Positions 52,979-64,000 of a stretch of DNA of 64,000 nt are shown here, piece after piece. The position numbers were made by a program, and so were the translations under genes. Location of the stretch: contig CM059442.1 of NCBI GenBank assembly GCA_030390025.1, positions 4,092,001-4,156,000 of the forward strand, read 5' to 3'. The notes beneath the pieces are model-generated. The model searched no databases. It was not told where the DNA came from and saw only the letters and a list, made by a program, of their open reading frames with translations. Origin of the DNA: Squalus acanthias (lineage: Eukaryota). Positions within the stretch are counted from its first letter, which is position 1. The number at the start of each line of letters is the position of its first letter.

Positions 52979-53472
52979 TCGCATAAAATAGGAAGAGACA
53001 TAATTCATCAAGTTATACAGTAAATAGTGTTGTACAGTTAGCTTTGTTTAACAGCAATCATATTCATTCATCTGAATTGTAAATATTTACAAAAGTGCAT
53101 TAAATGGATAATTAATACATCATCAATACAGAAAAGACGCGCAGAAACATTTAAAATATTATCATATAGTGGGTAAAAAACCTTTAGGCCACATCGTCTC
53201 CTCACACTAACCACGAGTGATGCTGCCACTTATTGTTCTGCCCCTCGCCCAGATACATATCTATTCCCTTAACCGAGCAAGTTCACCCCAGAATTAAGCT
53301 CCTGTCTGTTCTGATCTATCTTTGCAAATAACCTTTTTCTTTCTGCTGCCCAGACTACTCGTCTCTTTCCCAAATCATATGGTAACATTTGAATGTGGCA
53401 ACTGAATATGGAATACACAGAATCCCGTCACGTGATTATAGAGCCAATTACGTGCCATAAAACATTACTCAC

Positions 53473-53574
53473 CTTGTGACTTGCTGGGAAGATTGACGAG
53501 AACCAGTGCAATCAGAGCAGTGATAAGAAAAAGTGCAAGAACTGACGCTCTGGTCGTGGTTGTGGCAATCTGGA
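53473..53574 (-). CDS. Gene 3 transmembrane exon
   Basis: 102 nt, tttgtttccag|...|gtgagt. QIATTTTRASVLALFLITALIALVLVNLPSKSQ; Arg conserved. Confidence 0.85.
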
Positions 53575-55204
53575 CTGGAAACAAATAAACATATATCATG
53601 AATAACATAATACCGTTTCAAGAAATACAGTTTAAATCTATCGCCATGTGCATCATTTAAAATTCATTTTGGATCTGCAGTGAATTGACTCCCTCCATCC
53701 CCTCCGCAGCACCTCCATCAGAAAAAACTGATTCATGCATTTCTGTGCTACAGATCCGATTATTACAATGCCTTCATTCCGTATCCGCCATTGCATCAAA
53801 TATGAATTACAGGTCCTCGTATTCAGCTTCTTTCTGAAACATCTCCTCTAAATGTATCTCTTTCGTTGCATCCCTAAGCACTTTGATTGTGGCCCATTAG
53901 GATAACCAGTTCCTTTCGCTCCTCCATCAGTGAAAGAGCTGTAAATGCATTTCGTGAAAACACTTCATTCAGAATTGTCCATGTGTCGTACCATCAGTGA
54001 GTCGAATTTTTATTCATTCATGGGATGTGGGCGTCGCTGGCAAGAGCAGCATTTCTTGCCAATACCCAATTGCCATTGAAAAGGTTAGTTCTAATCTTCT
54101 GAATATAAGTTCCAACTAACTTTTCTGGAAATGAGGGGATCAATCTTTCTCGGACGGAAAAGCAAAAGTGGCGGAATCGGATTGGGCGCATGTTATATGC
54201 TCAGGGGGGTAACTTGAATTTTGCAGGATGGTGTGAAATGCACCATGTCGCATTAACCGCCGTTCATGCACCAGGACGGAACTAAAGCGTGGGGTTTACA
54301 ATGGGAGGCCATTACAAGATGATGAGAGAATTTGATTGAGTAGATAGAGCAAAACTACTCCCTCTGGCAAGTGGCTCAATAACCAGAGGACATAGATTCA
54401 AAACCATTGGCAAAAGATTTGGTGTGGAGATGAGGAGATTTTCTTTCACTCAGAGAGTTCTCGGGATCCGCCTGAAAAGGTGTTGGAAGCTGATTCCATC
54501 AGTAATTTTAAAAGGGAGTTGGACAGGTCCTTGAGGATGAGGAACTTACAGGTTTATGGGCAATAAGCGGGCATGTGGGACTAAGAACGAATGCTCTTAG
54601 TAAGAGCCAGCACAAGCACGACGGGCCGAATAGCCTCCTTCTGTGCTGTAAGTCTCTATGATTCTATGAATTCGATATGACCCATGTTACTCCTTCTCCC
54701 AAAGTTAAAATTAACCCTCAGAGTGATCCCTTCAACATAACTCGAGACTGCAGACTGATTGCTCCATGATGCCAAACCAACAAGTTTATGTGGCTCGAAC
54801 CTATCTATTCTACTTGAGCTGAAGTACATTAGCGGCGACTGTCGAGAAATTATAATCGAAAATCTATAGCCCTGAAATGAGTGCCTGTGGTATTAAGATT
54901 TGAAGCATTAACCTATCTGAATAAATTCACTCTATTTGACATTTATACAAAGAGTTCTATTTAGTTAAACCTACAAATAACTATATTGGTTTTAATATCA
55001 ATAATTGATGCGTTAAGATGACATTTCTTGTTTTTTTGTCATTCACCTGTTTAATATAAATGGTGCAGGGCTTCCCTTAAAACAGATGGATGTCAAAGCA
55101 AATGTTGCGCCATCCAAGCTTACAGCACAAGCAGTAATTCCCGTGCTGATCTGTCTTTGAGTCACATGTTTCGTTCTGACACAGAGATACTTATAATAAC
55201 TCAC

Positions 55205-55261
55205 CAATCACTGCAACCACGACGAATTCGTTCTGCAGAGGAGGTTCTGTCATATTAACAA
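55205..55261 (-). CDS. Gene 3 candidate 57-nt stalk mini-exon derived from the 3' end of a D-type Ig exon
   Basis: catttatctgcag|...|gtgagt, phase 1-1, VNMTEPPLQNEFVVVAVI; similar to the end of exon D (EPPLTSKFVAVAVI) and shares its downstream intron. Confidence 0.5.
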
Positions 55262-55269
55262 CTGCAGAT

Positions 55270-55800
55270 AAATGATTCCCTCACTCCCCAACTCAGTCCC
55301 TCCTGAAAAACTGATCCATGGATTTGTCAGCGCTAGCCTCATTGACTTCAATGCTTACCTTTCTGGGCTCCAAGCCCCGCCGTCCACAAACTCGAACTAA
55401 TCCAAAGGTTCCTGTGCCACACGAAAAGCTGCTCGCCGTTTTGCCCATCGAGCTCCCTGTCCTTCAACTCTTAAATTCATCAAATTTAAACCCCTGCTGC
55501 TCATTTTCACCATAGTTCAGACAAATCTCGTCCACATTTGCATCGGCCTTCACACCCTTCAGTTAATTGTTTCTGGCCGATTCGACTTCCTCGTTTCCTT
55601 CGTCACACCATTAGTGAAAGTGCTTTGGCTCAACTCTCCTAAACCACCTCATTAATCCCATTTCCATCTCAGCTACATCCTGCTGCAAAGGCCTTCACAG
55701 GACCGATAGTTTCAGTTATTTCTTATCCCTTCCAATCTCTCACTCTCTCACATTCTCTCCAAGGCTCCTGTAGTTTCCCTGTCCATTTCAAGTTATAAAA
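55270..55800 (+). mobile_element. Old L2-like LINE remnant (related remnants ~26610-27040 and ~53680-53940)
   Basis: Decayed LIH.FV..(R)LD..N....GL...HKLELIQ-like segment. Confidence 0.5.
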
Positions 55801-56007
55801 CGCACTTGGGAAATGCTTCTTGTTTATTTCAAAAAACAAATTCCCTTTTTCTGTTCAATTTCATGTTAATAAGCTCAAATTTTAATTGTTCACCTGCGGT
55901 GTGATGTGTCGTTTAGGAGGTATAAATCATGAGAATTCAATATACTGTTTGCTTTGCCGAAAGTAAATTAATTCATAAAATCAGATCAAGCATAATGAAT
56001 CTGTTAC

Positions 56008-56310
56008 CTGCTACCGTGACTTCGATGTAATTGCTGGTTGTGTTAAATATTCGTTCATAGGTCCCTCTGTTGGTCGCGGCACAGTGATAGCGCCCTCCAT
56101 GGCCTATCTGGAATGAGTTGATAATGAGCTCACTGCCGTCCGTGTTTAAGTGATAAGATTCGCTGATGTTTTCAAACTGTTGGTTTTTTCGGTACCAACG
56201 GAAATGCGGTGCAGTGCCTCTCTTCACCAGGCACTGGAGAACGAGTCGGCAACCCGCTGAAATCTCAGTTTTGTTGGTATTGGAAGTGAGAGAAGCACCA
56301 GCTACAGGAA
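56008..56310 (-). CDS. Gene 3 Ig exon 'G' (D4-like), intact
   Basis: 303 nt, ttcctttag|...|gtaaca, phase 1-1. PVAGASLTSNTNKTEISAGCRLVLQCLVKRGTAPHFRWYRKN...GGRYHCAATN...IEVTVA. Confidence 0.88.
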
Positions 56311-57470
56311 CTAAAGGAAAGCAAATAAGATTAAAGGATAGAAAATTAATATTGATAATTAAAATTCAAAAATGAAACTCATTCTGATTACTAACTTAGA
56401 CTAAATCAGACAAGTAAATTAAACTGGAGCAGGAATTGATGTGAAGCTATAAATGCATTGGTGAAAATACTTAGTTCAGAACGTTCCTTATATTCTACAA
56501 TCAATGATTTCGAATATTAGTTCCAACTAATGTTTCTGGGCATGACTCCGAAGAGCAGGTTTTCGTCTAAAGTTCCAAGTCTTCTACAGGACTGTATATC
56601 AAGCGGGGAATATAGCAAGCGGACGATCAGATACTGCCATTTTCGCGCTGACACACAATATGATATTTTCCAGTAGGGTCGTTAATGGACTGAAACACTC
56701 ATGTGCAGAACTCCTTTATCAGCGCCCTCAATGTTGCGGTGACAATGAGCTAACAGTACAACTTGCGCTGAGTTTCATACGGAACAACTCGGTAGGGTTG
56801 GTGGGAGGGGGGCGGTATTTTGAATTTTACAAGATGGTGTGAAATGCAGGATGTGGAATTATCCACCAGTCATACATCAGAGCCGGTTTCCCTTCTCAAT
56901 GAAGAAAATGGAAGGAAGTATAGGGCGAGAGGTATAATGGGCGGACACTTCGACATGACCCATATTTCACCCTCGCCTGAAGTTACAATGACCCCTTTCA
57001 GAGAGATGCCTCACTCGGGCCTGAAGCCTGAGAGCTCCACTGCTGCCAATCTTCCAATAATATAGGGCTGAAAACTAAATTGTCCAATTGAGCTTGAAAT
57101 ATATTAGCAACAACTGTCGAGAAATGATGGTCGAAAATGTATAGCCCAGAAATTACTGTCTATGGTATTAAGCTTTGAGTCACTAACCTATCCGTATAAC
57201 GTCCCTCAATTTGTCACTTAAACAGAGTGATCGGCCTTTTTAAACCTACAAATAACTGTATCGGTTTATCGACCAATACTTGATGTGCTCAGATGACATT
57301 TCTTTCCATTCACCTGTTTAATTTTAATTGTGCAGGGCCTCACTTCAAACAGATGGCTGTCAAAGAAGATGTTGCACCATTCACGCTTACGGCACAAGCA
57401 GTAATTCGCGGGCTGACCTGTCTTTGAATCAGTGGTTCGGTCTGCTACAGAGGTACTTATAATAACTCAC

Positions 57471-57758
57471 CTATCACTGCAACCGCGACGAATTTGCTAG
57501 TTAGAGGAGGTTCTGCCGCCTGGTTTGAAACAACCCAACTGTGATCTCCTTGGGTGTTTCTGTTGACTTCCCCGAGTTGGTAACTAATTTAGGTTAGGTT
57601 GGATTCCTCCCGCTAGAGTTCTTTACTCGCGGCTTTGTAGAATATGTAGGTAATCGGGGTAGAACCGTTGAACACTGAACAGGTCAATTAAGCAGTGTCT
57701 CCTTCCATTAACTCTTTACCAGGGCTGATTGCCAGTTCCGGTTTTAACACTGAGATTC
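57471..57758 (-). pseudogene. Gene 3 Ig exon 'D', decayed
   Basis: 288 nt with three in-frame stops (57688-57690, 57613-57615, 57589-57591) and DYRC changed to DHSW. AG/GT retained. Confidence 0.85.
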
Positions 57759-58611
57759 CTGTAAATATAACCATTTGTTAATTACATTGCTTTGGTAGAA
57801 ATTCTAGTGCTACTTTCAGAGTGAAATAGGGCTCGCATCATAATAAAGAGCCTCGTCATTGAGGTAACCACACCAATATTGGGCGCCCGTCTCACTCTCC
57901 TACTTTGGCAGTAGGTGGAATTAATAGAGGAAAGCCTGATGCTGGAACTACAATGATTCCTGATGCAATCCACTTGTGGCCACCCTACCATCTCTGTCCT
58001 GGTATTGATTCCTACTGACTCTGCCATTCAAAGGCAGGAACTCTGCACCATTCCAGTACCATAAACATTAATCTACCTGCATGCAATTTTATCGAACTCC
58101 ACCGCTCCACCTGGCAAATCATTCTATGTTCCAGCACTCGTCAATGTAAGAAAGTTCTTCTAAGCTCTATCCTCCCGCTTTAAGTGTTAATTATGCTTTA
58201 CTGATCCCTTCTTCCTGTCTTCGCTGTCAGATGTAATTCCTTTCCAGTTTAACCCTATCTCGGCCTTATCATGTACGAAATAAAAATGTAATAACTCTTA
58301 GCCATAGCTACACCGATAGTGTGAGTCCCTGTATCTAAAGTATTTCCTGGTGAATAAAGGTTTCCTTCCCTGGCGTCATCTGTTGAATCAGCGCTGCGTT
58401 TTCTAGGACTTTCATGTTCGCTTTACAATGGAAGTCACAACATTGTACACAGTAACTGTGGCCTTACGAATATGTTGTATAACATGATATTATGTATTTT
58501 CTCTTGTTGGCTATTCCCCAATTTATGTATGTATTTAATTATTTATTCAGTACATATTAAATATATAGGTAAGGCCCGTACAAGACTGAGGAATACCCGT
58601 GTGAGGAGTTC

Positions 58612-58745
58612 AGAACATAAGAAACAGGAACAGAAGTAGGCCATTCGGCCCCTCGAACCTGCTCCGCCATTCACTAAGATCATGGCTGATTTTATACCGC
58701 AACTTCACTTTCCTGCACTATCCCCATATCCCTTAATTCCATTAC
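58612..58745 (-). mobile_element. CR1-type 3' tail fragment
   Basis: agaacataagaaa...ggccattcggcccctcgaacctgctccgccattc. Confidence 0.7.
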
Positions 58746-58807
58746 TATGCCATGTTGGGGATTTTTTGTATGAAAGATGATAAATAATTGCGTTACATTA
58801 TACTCAC

Positions 58808-59086
58808 GTCTGACTGAAACGAATAACTGCTTACTCATTTTCTTCACCTCACTGTTCAAATGAATTGCTTCACACTGGTACATCCCCGAATCTTCTGGTC
58901 GAGATGTTTCCTTGACGTAATAGTTGTAGGCTGCCGCTGAATTGAGAGCGTGTCGATCTTTGTAAAATCCGTATCGCAAAGAAGAACTGGAGCGAAATAC
59001 GTCAACCAAACACTCTAGTTTTAACTGTTGGCCCTCAAATAATTGCGCTTCAGACTCAGCCCTCAATGTAGGTTTCGAGAAGAGCT
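58808..59086 (-). CDS. Gene 3 Ig exon 'E' (D3-like), intact
   Basis: 279 nt, phase 1-1. LFSKPTLRAESEAQLFEGQQLKLEC...DSGMYQCEA. Confidence 0.9.
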
Positions 59087-59463
59087 CTATAAAATAGTCA
59101 AAATATGGATGTGCCAGCTAAAGCATTTTTTACAGAATTAACAATTTATATATTTGGGCAATTCACGCTAATGAGCAGAACAATGACATTCGACAGCGGC
59201 TCAGAGAACGAGCCTTTCAATAATCCATGATTGCGATCCGCTTACAGGAACATGCACTTTGGGAGACCGACAAAGGTATCACGTGAGATCTGAAAATCCT
59301 CTGGTGGCTAGATTTGTGGACAAGTTAACCCTTCCGTTAATATGAATTGAAGAAAAACCTGCTGGTGCTGTGAGATTATTCACCTACACCCCACCGCTAC
59401 GACCCCATCCAGAATTTGAACTCTGCTCTCCGCCCAGGCGAAGCCTTACGCCCTGGTCTAAAT

Positions 59464-60458
59464 ACATAGATACATAGATACATAGAAGATAGGAGCAGGA
59501 GTAGGCCATCCGGCCCTTCGAGCCTGCTCCGCCATTTAATGAGATCATGGCTGATCCTCCAATTCAGTATCCCGTCCCCGCCTTCTCTCCGTAACCCTTA
59601 ACCCCTTTTGCCTGTAGAAATATATCTAATTCCCTCTTAAATATATTTAATGAGCTGGCGTACACTGCCCTCTGTGGCAATGAATTCCACAGGTTCACCA
59701 CCCTCTGAGTGAAGAAATTCCCCCTCATTTCTGTCCTAAATGGTTTAGCCCTTATCCTTAAATTATGTCCTCTAGTTCTGTTCTCACCCGCCAAGGGAAA
59801 CATTCCTTCTGCATCTAGTCTGTCTAGACCTGTCAGAATTTTATACACTTCTATGAGGTCCCCTCTCAATCTTCTAAACTCCAGTGTGTACATCCCTAAA
59901 CTACATAGTCTCTCCTCATAGGTCAATCCCGCCATTCCTGGTATCAGCCTGGTGAATCGCCGCTGCACCCCCTCCATGGCAAGAACATCTTTCCTCAGAT
60001 GAGGCGACCAAAACTGTACACAGTACTCGAGGTGTGGTCTCACCAGTGCCCTGTACAGCTGCAGCAAGGTATCCCTGTTCCTGTATTCCAACCCTTTTGC
60101 TATGAAGGTCAGCATACCGTTTGCCTTCTTGACCGCCTGTTGCACCTGCATGCTCGCCTTCAGTGACTGGTGTACAAGAACACCCAGGTATCTCTGTACT
60201 TCCCCCTCTCCCAATTTATTGCCATTTAAATAATAATTTGCCCTCCCGTTCCTGCACCCAAGGTGGATAACTTCGCACTTGTCCACATTATAGTGCATCT
60301 GCCATTTATCCGCCCAATCACCCAGTCTGTCCAAATCGCTCTGGAGCTTCCTGGTCTCCTCCTCTGAGCCCACCCCCCCTCCTAGTTTAGTGTCGTCTGC
60401 AAATTTGGAAATGCTGCATCCGACTCCCTGATCCAGGTCATTAATGTAAATTGTGAAT
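59464..60458 (-). mobile_element. Young 5'-truncated CR1 LINE
   Basis: Uninterrupted 269-aa ORF2 C-terminus (59564-60373), FADDT just upstream, (acatagat)n tail; absent from the gene 2 intron (~31670). Confidence 0.93.
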
Positions 60459-61429
60459 TGTGAGTACTGAAGTCTCCTTGATCATTGATGCAGCAACTGC
60501 AAATTTTGTAACATTCATGTTAAAAGATCAGCTACTCACAGTACAATTCTTTGAAATACACTCCCGACACAGGGTCGATAACTTGCCCCTTGTTTACAGA
60601 TTCCCTGCTCCTTTGAAAATGCCAAGCTACGGTTATGATTGGCAGGATCTAACAGAATGTAAGTGGGAGCCCAGGACATCAGAGCCTCAGACTTTAGTGG
60701 CCTCAGAAGTTTTGTCTCACCCTCCACCCGCTCTACTGAAATCGGAGGCGGTGAAAATTCAACCTTTGTGCAAAACCGGTGCTAGCAGATTGGTCACCCT
60801 TGATAAACACAGGCCAATTTCTATTCCATTGTCTGCCAATCAGTTATTGCGCTCTCCAAGTTAAATTTTACCACCGAGATTTCAACTGTCAAAGATCTCC
60901 GGTGCTAATAAGTGGTAAAGCATTGTCTGATTAAATACCCTGCTGTTCCTGAGCATGTTCTGCTCGGTGCTGATTGAGCCAGACAGAAACAGAGGAGGTA
61001 ACTTTACCTTGGGACCATGGGGTAAAATGCGCGGTGTCGAATCTTGAACCAATTGCACACCACGCACGATTTTCCTGTCCAAAGAAGATAATGGGAGCCA
61101 AAAACGGGCAGGAAATATAATGGGCAGCAAATTCAATATCGCCCATTCCACACTATTGCAGGCAGCTAATATTAGCCAATGGTATTGGACACTGGTCTTT
61201 AAACTTTGCAACTCATACAAGTGCGGTTTTCAGAAAATGTATGGGTTGTGCAACAACCGGAAGTCATTGTGATTTAAACAGAACTCGTTCAAAATTGATT
61301 TGTTGCGTGATAAACTTTTGGGTATGTCCTTTACAAGACTGGATCCCTCCTGTATGTTTATTTACCTATAATCCCCTGAATAATTATTTTAATGAAAGAT
61401 AAAAGATAATTACACCTGGTTGTCGTTAC

Positions 61430-61708
61430 CATTTACTGAAATGGAAACGTCATCACTCTTCTTTTTCACACCGCGGTCGATAGCATTTGCTTCACACAGG
61501 TTGTTCCCCGAGTCAGAGAACGAAGCTACCCCCATGTGCTTAGCGTTGACGTAAAAATTCAAATTCAGAGCTTTGCCATTTTTGTAAAATGAGTATAGAA
61601 GCCCAATATTGGACCGCATTGTTTCAATAAAACAGATGAATTTTAATTGGTCTCCCTCAAATATTTCAACTGCAGGCTCAGTCCTCAGTTTAGGTTTGGA
61701 GAATAGTT
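61430..61708 (-). CDS. Gene 3 Ig exon 'F' (D3-like), open
   Basis: 279 nt, phase 1-1. LFSKPKLRTEPAVEIFEGDQLKFIC...DSGNNLC (Tyr of the YxC motif replaced by Asn). Confidence 0.88.
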
Positions 61709-62099
61709 CTGTGAAAACAGAATATGGATTGAAAGGTAACAAGTCATATCAGAGTTAAACAAATAGTAGAGATTAATAATAAGAGCAAGGCAATGCCGAG
61801 AATCGCCACGAGGAGCTTCTGTACTTATTAGTAACCAAAAGCTGTATTATGGAACACTCGAGCAGGCAGTATTATTATATTGTTTTGGAATTCTTCTCGC
61901 TCATTTGGTTACGGAGAACTTAATCCGCTTAATATATACTGGCTGAAACAGGAACTCCACGCAGTACAAGATTTATTGAAGAAAGAATCCTTCAAAAGAT
62001 CTTTGCTCTTTTAGCTATTCCCTGCTGCGTCTCACCATCCACAATAACCACGGTGAATTCCGCAAATATTCACAGCTACATCGCTCTGTCACCACCCAG

Positions 62100-62420
62100 C
62101 CATCACATTGGCTGGAAGGTATGATTCTGTGATCATCACTATGACAGGCTATTGCTTTACTGGTCTGTGGGACAGCTCCCCCAATTTTGCCACAATTCCC
62201 TAGATGCTAGGGAGGGGGACTTTGTAGGTTGACTGTGTGTCTTATCCGTGTCCGAATATGGTGCCTAGTTCAATGCCAGGTGGTCCTCCAAGTTTTAATC
62301 TTATTGTTTTTTTCTAGCGTGTTGATAAAATTGAGTTGCTTGCTATGCTATTTCAGAGGGCAGTTATAATTCAACTACATTGCTGTGGGTGTGGATTTAT
62401 ATAAAGGCCAAGGATTCTTA
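62100..62420 (-). mobile_element. LINE fragment at the point where gene 2/gene 3 homology breaks
   Basis: Sequence switches at ~62090 to LINE-like sequence (gtgggacagctcccccaattttg...ggactttgtagg); family and strand inferred. Confidence 0.4.
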
Positions 62421-62493
62421 GAATCCATTAAATCTTTCAACAGCTCATTACCAGAAAATATAATGAAAATTAAGAAAAAATGCATTGACCAAC

Positions 62494-62751
62494 TTGTTAC
62501 GGTGATGTTTATATCCAGGGAGACCCACATCCTGTAACGTATTTTCAGTTCACACCGATATAATGCCGCATCTGACTCTTTAGCGTTTTCTATGGTGTAC
62601 TGAGTTTCAGCAGTCTCTGCTATTACATGTTTATCTCGATACCACAGGAAGGGGAAATCTTCTCTCCTTTTCCAGTAAGGCATCAAACATTTCTGGATAA
62701 CAATGTCACCTGATGTTGGATTCACTTCCACAGTTAAAATCATATCAGAAC
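62494..62751 (-). CDS. Gene 3 Ig exon 'B-like' (D1-like), open
   Basis: 258 nt, tttttgcag|...|gttggt. SDMILTVEVNPTSGDIVIQKC...LWY...DAALYRC; divergent paralog of exon B. Confidence 0.85.
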
Positions 62752-63831
62752 CTGCAAAAAAATGTGAAACATATGAACTAAATACAAATTGAAATATTTT
62801 AAAGTAACCTTCATAAATCCTCAAGAACATTTTCAAGAAAGTGCCGCTGAACATCCAGACCAAATGGTATCCCCTCAGTAACGAAAAGTTATTAAAAGAT
62901 CTGAAAAGCCAAACCAACATTTGTTGCTTCAGAAAGTGACTCTTCCCTTTCTTATGTTGATCTATCACTGCTCATATTGTCCTTCAAGGTTTTATCAAAG
63001 AAGTTCAATTTCGAGGATCGATTCAACAGCCAGGCAGATGCCCAGCCCTCTCTAAATAAACGTTTGATATTTGTAAATGTTGTGGAATCAAGATATTAAA
63101 ACCGTGGCCTCCTTCACCCGGTCAGGTGCTTCTGATATCAGTTAGAAATCCCAAGGAACTGCTCCAAGACCATGAAGTTGTTCGAATTTCCTGAAGTATT
63201 GCTCGTTCGTCCAGCAAGACCAAGCGAATTAGCTGCTCATTGTCCCATTACCCTTTGTGGAAACACAGGGGAATTTCCTGCGCTCGCTCCTCTGCTTTAA
63301 CTTCGCCAGGTGCGCGCTAGGAACCCCCGTTTAGGCGTGTAAAGAATTTTCCCACCGCACGCCAAATAAACTTCTGGCAGTGGTCAAGGAGCCGCCCCTA
63401 TGTAATCACCTGTCAAAATTTGTCCAGCATTGTTTATTAACTAGATAAAAGCATTCGTTGCACCTTCTACTAATTTGTTCTTTGTGAGACACAAGATAAG
63501 GCACTAAATGTACACTCCACTTCTCACCATGCCTCGCGCCTGCAGATGCGCTTCCAACCAATCCCAATCCAAGGGGAGGGCCGGTAGAATATACTTTTCA
63601 CTTTTACCGCCAAGAGACCAAAGAGCAGGAATGGATCAGCCGTTAGTTTCAAACCAGTCTCGATGTAGTTAACACTGAAGTAAATGGAAATGCGACTCCA
63701 GCGGAATCTAAAACAGGCGACTGATTGGACAGCGACTGTTTATTTCCCCCAGCGATGAAAGGTAAAGTTATCCCCACTCCGGTATAAATTCGCCTTGAAC
63801 AATGGCGGCAAACGGGCTATAACGAATCATA

Positions 63832-64000
63832 AGAAATTAAGAACGTAAGGAATAGGAGCAGGAGTAGGCCATTCAGCCCCTCGAGTCTGCTCCACCATTC
63901 AATAAGATTATGTCTGATCTTTTTACTCATTTCCTCTTTCCTGCCCTATCCCCATATCCCTTGATTCCGTTAATATTGACAAATTATCGATCTCTCTCTT
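63832..64000 (-). mobile_element. CR1 3' end, truncated by the window edge
   Basis: (ataagaa)n tail and aggagcaggagtaggccattcagcccctcgag. Confidence 0.8.

Larger units (their letters stand above)
1..62090. repeat. Tandem segmental duplication: ~1-33.3 kb is paralogous to ~33.7-62.1 kb
   Basis: Collinear direct matches: 264/33966, 2111/38127, 11717/44628, 26406/53473, 32642/61430. Offsets vary (about 26-36 kb) with copy-specific insertions and deletions. Confidence 0.95.

Noticed and set aside
264-62751. Ig exons as rearranging Ig/TCR segments
   Set aside because: They are bounded by splice sites, I saw no heptamer-spacer-nonamer signals at their ends, and the domains look C2/I-set with no J or C1 motifs.
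62752-62968. N-terminal extension of the 197-aa ORF 62375-62968
   Set aside because: Open intron sequence upstream of the acceptor at 62752; the same applies to the intronic starts of the other Ig ORFs.

Overview
Vertebrate genomic DNA, most likely a cartilaginous fish (inferred from the HE1/V-SINE-like, Deu-SINE-like and CR1 repeat repertoire). The window holds about two ~27-36 kb units of a tandem array of minus-strand immunoglobulin-superfamily receptor genes resembling the Fc-receptor-like (FCRL/LITR) family. Gene 1: 5' part only (leader ~11.7-12.0 kb, Ig exons at 3.4, 2.1 and 0.26 kb, continuing off the left edge). Gene 2: complete span ~25.5-44.8 kb (leader, six Ig exons, TM exon, short tail) but disabled by several lesions. 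Gene 3: 3' part only (52.6-62.8 kb; five Ig exons, a 57-nt Ig-derived mini-exon, TM, tail), where only one Ig exon is decayed. All Ig exons are phase 1-1. Both TM exons carry an Arg at the extracellular edge followed by a very short tail, the architecture of adaptor-coupled activating receptors. Introns and spacers contain CR1 LINEs, SINEs, MITEs and GA/TC low-complexity tracts. One CR1 has its RT catalytic motif overwritten by a 33-nt patch copied from the neighbouring intron. Exon boundaries and counts were read by hand; no database search was possible.
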